Assembly: GCA_964439965.1 (NCBI GenBank)
Contig: CAYTQG010000002.1
Location: 5,008 to 69,007, forward strand
Length of the DNA: 64,000 bases
Direction: 5' to 3'
Source: an uncultured Proteiniphilum sp.
Lineage (GTDB): Bacteria; Bacteroidota; Bacteroidia; Bacteroidales; Dysgonomonadaceae
The translations under genes and the position numbers were made by a program. Shown one piece after another: positions 58,994 through 64,000 of the stretch (positions within the stretch are counted from its first letter, which is position 1; every line of letters starts with the position of its first letter). Under the pieces are notes generated by a model that did no database searches, was not told the DNA's origin, and saw nothing but the letters and a program-made list of their open reading frames with translations.

Positions 58994-59994
58994 GAAAAAT
59001 TGTTTTGGGTTTGGTTGCGCTGTTTACATCTATCGTTGTTTACAGTGCTGAACCTTTTATTGACAAATTTCCAACCTTTAGGGTTGATGGATCACTAAAA
59101 AGCAAAGTTGAGTATGCAACTCGTACTGATGAATCTCGCTTCTCGGTGCGTAGCTCTAGAATTGGTGTTTCGGGCTATTTCAATCAATATTTTACTTATC
59201 GTGGGCAGATTGAGATTAGCGATAATGGCAAGTTTGTTCCGCTAGATTTGTTCGCGAATTTTTTAGCAAGTGATAAGTTTTCAATATCCTTTGGGCAGAG
59301 AACTATCCCTCTGTTTAATGGATACACAGTGGTGCCAGCGGAACTAATGTTTTCTAATCGTCCCTTTTTGGGGAAATATCTTATGGGAACTCGTGATATT
59401 GGAGTTTTGGGTCAATACAACTTTGCCATAACCGATTTACCATCATCTATTGAGGCAGGTGTATATAACGGAAATACTATCAATTCGCCTTCTTGGCATG
59501 GCAAGCCGTCGTATGGTGGTCGTTTTACACTTGGCACTATGGATGGATGGCGCTCTACAATAAAGTTTTTTGAGCATGATAATAGTGTTTTGGATATTAT
59601 CCGGTATCAGGTATATGGAGCTGATGTAAGATATTCGGATGATAGATGGAGAGCTGAGGCTGAAATATTGAAACGACGCGACAAAAAGCAAGGTGAAGGT
59701 GATGTTTATTCTTTCTATATTCAGGGTGCGTATATTCATCCTATGAACTATGGTGTGGTGAAAAACTTTATCCCTGCTGTTAGATTTGATGGAATAGAAC
59801 ATGATGATAATGTGGCTTTTGATGTTACACGACTAACTCTAGGCTTGGGCTTTGGGTTGTCTCCAAAGTATTTGTCATCTATTTTTAGAATAGATTATGA
59901 ACATTATTTTGTGAGTAATGAGGCGCGGATAATGGTGCACGATCGTTCTATTACATCCAACAAGCTTACTGTAGAGCTTTTGTTGACTTTTTAG
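58990..59994 (+). CDS. Outer-membrane porin (OprO/P-like)
   Basis: Signal peptide, FSVRSSRIGVSG, RDIG, GVYNG, C-terminal F. Confidence 0.65.
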   Translation: MRKIVLGLVALFTSIVVYSAEPFIDKFPTFRVDGSLKSKVEYATRTDESRFSVRSSRIGVSGYFNQYFTYRGQIEISDNGKFVPLDLFANFLASDKFSISFGQRTIPLFNGYTVVPAELMFSNRPFLGKYLMGTRDIGVLGQYNFAITDLPSSIEAGVYNGNTINSPSWHGKPSYGGRFTLGTMDGWRSTIKFFEHDNSVLDIIRYQVYGADVRYSDDRWRAEAEILKRRDKKQGEGDVYSFYIQGAYIHPMNYGVVKNFIPAVRFDGIEHDDNVAFDVTRLTLGLGFGLSPKYLSSIFRIDYEHYFVSNEARIMVHDRSITSNKLTVELLLTF

Positions 59995-60020
59995 TATTAC
60001 AGTATAAATAGTAAATAAAT

Positions 60021-60061
60021 AGTATTCGAACACTGCTTAAGCGGTGTTTGAATACTGTTTT
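60021..60061 (+). terminator. Intrinsic terminator
   Basis: AGTATTCGAACACTGC-TTAA-GCGGTGTTTGAATACT plus T run. Confidence 0.75.
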
Positions 60062-60180
60062 ATAAATATTTGTAGCCTAAATTGCATACTATGATTAAGC
60101 ATTAACACACTTCCTTTCTTAAGTTCATTGATTTTCATTATTTTTGCAGTATATAAAGTCAAAAAGATATATACTGATAC

Positions 60181-61290
60181 ATGTTTTTCAACGATATAGT
60201 AGGGCTAGATAATATAAAAGAGCATTTGATTGAATCTGTGCATAGGGGAAACATACCACATGCAAGGATTTTTCAGGGTGCTGCTGGGGTGGGGAAGCTA
60301 CCTCTAGCTATTGCCTATGCTCGTTATCTGATGTGCGAGAATAGAGGTGCAACGGATTCGTGTGGAGTTTGTCCATCTTGTCAAAAGATTAATAAGTATG
60401 CTCATCCCGATTTGCATTTTGTGTATCCGGTAATTAAATCAAAAACTAGTGATGAGTATTTGTCGCAATGGCGTGAGTTCTTATTAAGCAATAAGTATTT
60501 TGATTTAAACAATTGGCTTGACTTTATAAATGCTGAGAATGCTCAGGGGCTTATTTATAGCAAGGAGAGTGAAGAGATTATCCGAAAACTTAATCTTAAG
60601 GTTTATGAAGCACCTTATAAGGTGATGATTATTTGGTTGCCCGAGAAGATGCATGAATCGTGTGCAAATAAACTTCTGAAGATGATAGAGGAGCCGCCAG
60701 CTAATACTGTATTTTTGCTTATAACTGAAGACTCTGAAAATGTTATCACTACTATTAGGTCGAGATGTCAACCATTAAATATTAGAGCACTTTCGGAGAG
60801 GGAAATGGTGAGCGCATTAGAGGAGAACTTTAGTTTGAACGGAGATGCTTCAAGGTCAATTGCTCATATGGCTGGTGGTAGCTATACAACAGCGGTAAGG
60901 CTATTGCACGAAAATGACGAAAATAATTATAATTTCGACTTGTTTAAAAATATGATGCGAGCATCAGTTGTACGAAACATTAAGGATATAAAAGCTATAG
61001 CTAATGAGCTAGGCGGAATAGGTAGGGAGAAGCAAAAGAGTTTTTTGCTTAATTCGCTTCGACTATTCAGAGAGTATTTTATTTCGAACCTTAAGATACC
61101 TGAAATGGTTTATCTTAATGATAGTGAGAAAGAGTTTGGCGTTAGGTTTGCTCCTTTCGTTAATGAGAAAAATATAGAAGAGTTTGATAGGGAGTTTCAA
61201 ACTGCTTATCGACAAATAGAGCAGAACGGAAATGCTCGTATTATATTTCTTGACTTGTGCCTAAAGTGTACAATGTTGTTGAAGAATTAA
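60181..61290 (+). CDS. holB: DNA polymerase III delta-prime subunit
   Basis: GAAGVGK, CGVCPSC, HPD, ANKLLKMIEEPP, TIRSRC. Confidence 0.9.
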   Translation: MFFNDIVGLDNIKEHLIESVHRGNIPHARIFQGAAGVGKLPLAIAYARYLMCENRGATDSCGVCPSCQKINKYAHPDLHFVYPVIKSKTSDEYLSQWREFLLSNKYFDLNNWLDFINAENAQGLIYSKESEEIIRKLNLKVYEAPYKVMIIWLPEKMHESCANKLLKMIEEPPANTVFLLITEDSENVITTIRSRCQPLNIRALSEREMVSALEENFSLNGDASRSIAHMAGGSYTTAVRLLHENDENNYNFDLFKNMMRASVVRNIKDIKAIANELGGIGREKQKSFLLNSLRLFREYFISNLKIPEMVYLNDSEKEFGVRFAPFVNEKNIEEFDREFQTAYRQIEQNGNARIIFLDLCLKCTMLLKN

Positions 61291-61402
61291 ATTATAAATG
61301 GTGATTTATGTTGAATCACTAAATCATATCGCATGCAGGCAGCTGCATTTTATTATATATAATAACCCAAATATCTGCGAGTAAAATCGCATCAATATAA
61401 AT

Positions 61403-62599
61403 ATGGATAGAGAAAAATATCAAGACAAGTTGGCTGATGTAGCCTTCGAGTCGGTAATGCCCGCAAGGGATTCTATGAGTAGTAGAGGATGTTCAAAACG
61501 AGATACTAAGCTTAATGTATATGACTATTTGCATGACTTTCCAGAAATGCAGGCTTTGACTAAAATGGTTGAGGTACAGTTTAAAAATACTAGAAAAGGT
61601 TTCTATATTAACAATAATAATATTGATTTGCAGAAGGGCGACATGGTCGCAGTAGAGGCTTCACCCGGCCACGACATAGGAACAGTAACCCTTACAGGTA
61701 AGCTTGTGGATTTGCAAATGCGCAAATATAACTATCGCGAAGATCCTGTTTCAGGTCCTAAAAAAATATATCGAATAGCTCGACCAAATGATATTGAGAA
61801 ATATGAGATGGCTAAGGCTCGAGAGCAGGCCACTATGATCAGAGCACGTGAGATTGCTTCTAATCTGGGCTTGAGTATGAAAATTGGTGATGTGGAGTTT
61901 CAGGGTGATGGCAGCAAGGCAATCTTTTATTATATCGCTGACGAACGTGTTGACTTTCGACAATTGATTAAAGATTTTGCATCTGAATTTCGCATCAAAA
62001 TCGAGATGAAACAGATAGGTGCAAGGCAAGAGGCTGGGCGTATTGGCGGCATCGGAGCTTGTGGTCGTGAGATGTGCTGCAGTAGCTGGATGACAAATTT
62101 TGTTTCGGTTTCGACTGTTGCAGTTAGATATCAAGATATTGCTTTTAATCCTCAGAAACTTGCAGGGCAGTGTGGTAAGCTGAAGTGTTGTATGAACTAT
62201 GAGGTAGATATGTATGTGGAGGCTAGCAGAAAGTTACCATCTCGTGAAATTGTTCTCCAAACACGTGAAAATGAATACTATCATTTTAAGACTGATATAC
62301 TATTGGGTAAAATAACTTACTCTACTGATAAGAATATGCCTATTAATCTCGAGACTATATCAAAAGAGCGTGCTTTTCAGGTTATTGAGATGAATAAGAA
62401 AGGTAGAAAACCTTTCCAACTTTCATCTGACGATAATAATCAAACCAAAGAAACTCGCTTTGATAATGATATTTTGGGAGACGAAAGTATTACCAGATTT
62501 GATAATAAAAAACGTAGTAGCCAAAATAAGAGAAGAAATAGACGTAATAGACCTGGGGGTAACAGAAATAGGGGAACAAAACCCACAAATAAGGAATGA
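61403..62599 (+). CDS. ricT: PSP1/RicT (YaaT) family Fe-S regulatory protein
   Basis: RVDFRQL, QIGARQEA, GACGREMCC, GQCGKLKCCMNYE. Confidence 0.88.
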   Translation: MDREKYQDKLADVAFESVMPARDSMSSRGCSKRDTKLNVYDYLHDFPEMQALTKMVEVQFKNTRKGFYINNNNIDLQKGDMVAVEASPGHDIGTVTLTGKLVDLQMRKYNYREDPVSGPKKIYRIARPNDIEKYEMAKAREQATMIRAREIASNLGLSMKIGDVEFQGDGSKAIFYYIADERVDFRQLIKDFASEFRIKIEMKQIGARQEAGRIGGIGACGREMCCSSWMTNFVSVSTVAVRYQDIAFNPQKLAGQCGKLKCCMNYEVDMYVEASRKLPSREIVLQTRENEYYHFKTDILLGKITYSTDKNMPINLETISKERAFQVIEMNKKGRKPFQLSSDDNNQTKETRFDNDILGDESITRFDNKKRSSQNKRRNRRNRPGGNRNRGTKPTNKE

Positions 62600-63069
62600 A
62601 AAAGGAATTAATAGCCCCTTTTGTTGTCGTGTTATTACTTTTTACTTCATGTAATAGAGGTGAAGTGTTTTTTAAGTTCCAACAAATAAAAGATAGTGAA
62701 TGGTCAAGTAAAAACTATCTTGAGTTTGAATTGGATTCTCTCGATGTAGATCCATTGTTGAGCTACGATTTGCAGCTTGATGTAGTTTATAGCAATGCTT
62801 ATCCTTATAAAGATTTATGGCTTAACATTAGTCACAATCTTGTGGATACTATTTTTGAACAGGATTTGCTTGAAGTAAAACTAACTGGCGATGATGGTAA
62901 AAAGCTTGGGAATGGTAATTCGGGCTTGTATCAGTTATCTGTTCCTTATAAAACTGCTCTAAAACTTGATTCAGTCTCAATATATCATGTGAGAATAGGC
63001 CATGCAATGCGGGAATATGATATCAAGGGGATAGATAAAGTAGGCCTTAAAGTATCTGTTAGTAGATAA
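62596..63069 (+). CDS. gldH: GldH family lipoprotein
   Basis: Lipobox FTSC, YPYKDLWL, GKKLGNG, HAMR...GIDKVGL; position after ricT. Confidence 0.8.
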   Translation: MKKELIAPFVVVLLLFTSCNRGEVFFKFQQIKDSEWSSKNYLEFELDSLDVDPLLSYDLQLDVVYSNAYPYKDLWLNISHNLVDTIFEQDLLEVKLTGDDGKKLGNGNSGLYQLSVPYKTALKLDSVSIYHVRIGHAMREYDIKGIDKVGLKVSVSR

Positions 63070-63089
63070 CTTAGTATATAGATAAAAGT

Positions 63090-63132
63090 ACTGCCCTATT
63101 CTAAAGAGGCTAACTCTTTGGGATAGGGCAGT
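63090..63132. terminator. Terminator between convergent gldH and GH57
   Basis: ACTGCCCTAT-TCTAAAGAG...CTCTTTGGG-ATAGGGCAGT. Confidence 0.7.
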
Positions 63133-63162
63133 TGCTATTTTAGTGAATAATTGTTGTATTAT

Positions 63163-64000
63163 CTATTTCTTGGAATTTGTTTTTGCTTTAGCTGTTTTCT
63201 TTACAAGCTTTTCTTCGTTCTCAGTTGTTACTTTTAATAATTCAGACTGTAGTCGCTTAATCTCTATTTCTTGATTATGAATTGTTGTAAGTAGAGAGTT
63301 TAATTCTTCGTTATCAACTTTATCAGGATATTGTGACTTAACACGCTCAATAAAATCACTAAGCACATTCATATAGTTGTTGAATGCATCGTAAGGCGAT
63401 TGATAAGGGCTAAACTGGCTGTGAGTGGAACCATCATAAAAATGCTTTGTGGACATGTAGTAGAAATGATCACTTGTTTGAAGATAACTCCAGTCTTGTT
63501 TCAATCTTCTATCATTGGTCATTCTTACTCTTTCATTAATCTCATATAATGTTTCAATTGCACTTCTTTGCAATGTGTTGCCAAGCCATCTGCTGAGGTC
63601 TCGTTCTTCATCAGCCCATGAAATAGGATTTGGTACAGATATAGTGCCTATTGGTTTATGGATATCCATAATCTCACTTGGAGTAGCAAAACCTATGCCT
63701 TTTTCTTTAGCAAACTTAGGCAGTGCCTTCATAAATTCAAAAATACCTGAATGTGATGGCTGTAAGTTTCCAAATGTCTCATAGTTCATGAATATATTGA
63801 ATACTTCCTCCTCTGGTGATGTGCTTGCAATCCACGACATATACTTGTCGGCTGTGAGAGGGTATTCTTTCCATGAATAATCTGAAAAGCGTAAGGATAT
63901 GTCATCACTAAACTGGGTGTTTCTTAAAAGTAGCTTCAAGTTTGGTTGGTTTTCCGATTTGTAAACAAAGTTAGGACTGCGCCAAGAAAGAATATGCTTT
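63163..64000 (-). CDS. Glycoside hydrolase family 57; C-terminal part only, start lies beyond the window edge
   Basis: Frame is open to the edge (KHILSWRSPNFVY...); SDDISLRFS, FMNYETFG, SWADEERDLSRWLGN, LQTSDHFYYM. Confidence 0.88.
   Translation of the reverse strand, partial: KHILSWRSPNFVYKSENQPNLKLLLRNTQFSDDISLRFSDYSWKEYPLTADKYMSWIASTSPEEEVFNIFMNYETFGNLQPSHSGIFEFMKALPKFAKEKGIGFATPSEIMDIHKPIGTISVPNPISWADEERDLSRWLGNTLQRSAIETLYEINERVRMTNDRRLKQDWSYLQTSDHFYYMSTKHFYDGSTHSQFSPYQSPYDAFNNYMNVLSDFIERVKSQYPDKVDNEELNSLLTTIHNQEIEIKRLQSELLKVTTENEEKLVKKTAKAKTNSKK

Noticed and set aside
61375..61392. TCTGCGAGTAAAAT shared with 24125-24138, plus a TGCGA...TCGCA mini-palindrome
   Set aside because: A single 14-mer match is expected by chance in an AT-rich 64-kb window, and the arm order is opposite to the array core.
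62596..63069. gldH as evidence of gliding motility
   Set aside because: GldH homologues after ricT also occur in non-gliding Bacteroidales, and no other gld/spr genes are present here.
1335..63784. Numerous 60-130-aa ORFs antisense to or nested in long genes (e.g. 1335-1601, 7654-7968, 29737-30114, 61751-62134, 19257-19445)
   Set aside because: Shadow ORFs with no recognisable motifs that overlap well-supported genes or the sRNA.

Overview
AT-rich chromosomal window from a Bacteroidales bacterium, judged from TTTG-N20-TAnnTTTG promoters, the holB-ricT-gldH order and an IDR-bearing Rho. A Dysgonomonadaceae/Porphyromonadaceae-like host is my inference only. It is mostly housekeeping and metabolic genes (pgm, xerD, dnaN, dnaQ-like, truA, menA, proS, galE, fabH, hutU, cutC, GH20, rho, glsA, tcdA, speA, ccsBA, uraA, apbE, ogt, holB, ricT, gldH, GH57). 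I saw no transposase, phage, cas, rRNA or tRNA gene. The stand-out feature lies in the 1.26-kb ORF-free gap between divergent hutU and cutC. It is a ~690-bp array (24285-24975) of a 15-bp palindrome TCGCACG-N-CGTGCGA on a 41-43-bp lattice (mean 42.25 bp, about 4 helical turns) with mutually different 26-28-nt spacers and no cas genes. Other notable items: a self-contained ~70-nt sRNA gene (19348-19418), an NtrC-like regulator lacking GAFTGA and Walker B, a long structured rho leader with a Q-rich Rho insertion, a perfect 17-bp inverted repeat over a promoter (40970-41007), and a YgbA + ScdA-N/degenerate-hemerythrin-LuxR module. All calls come from reading motifs by eye; no database search was run.
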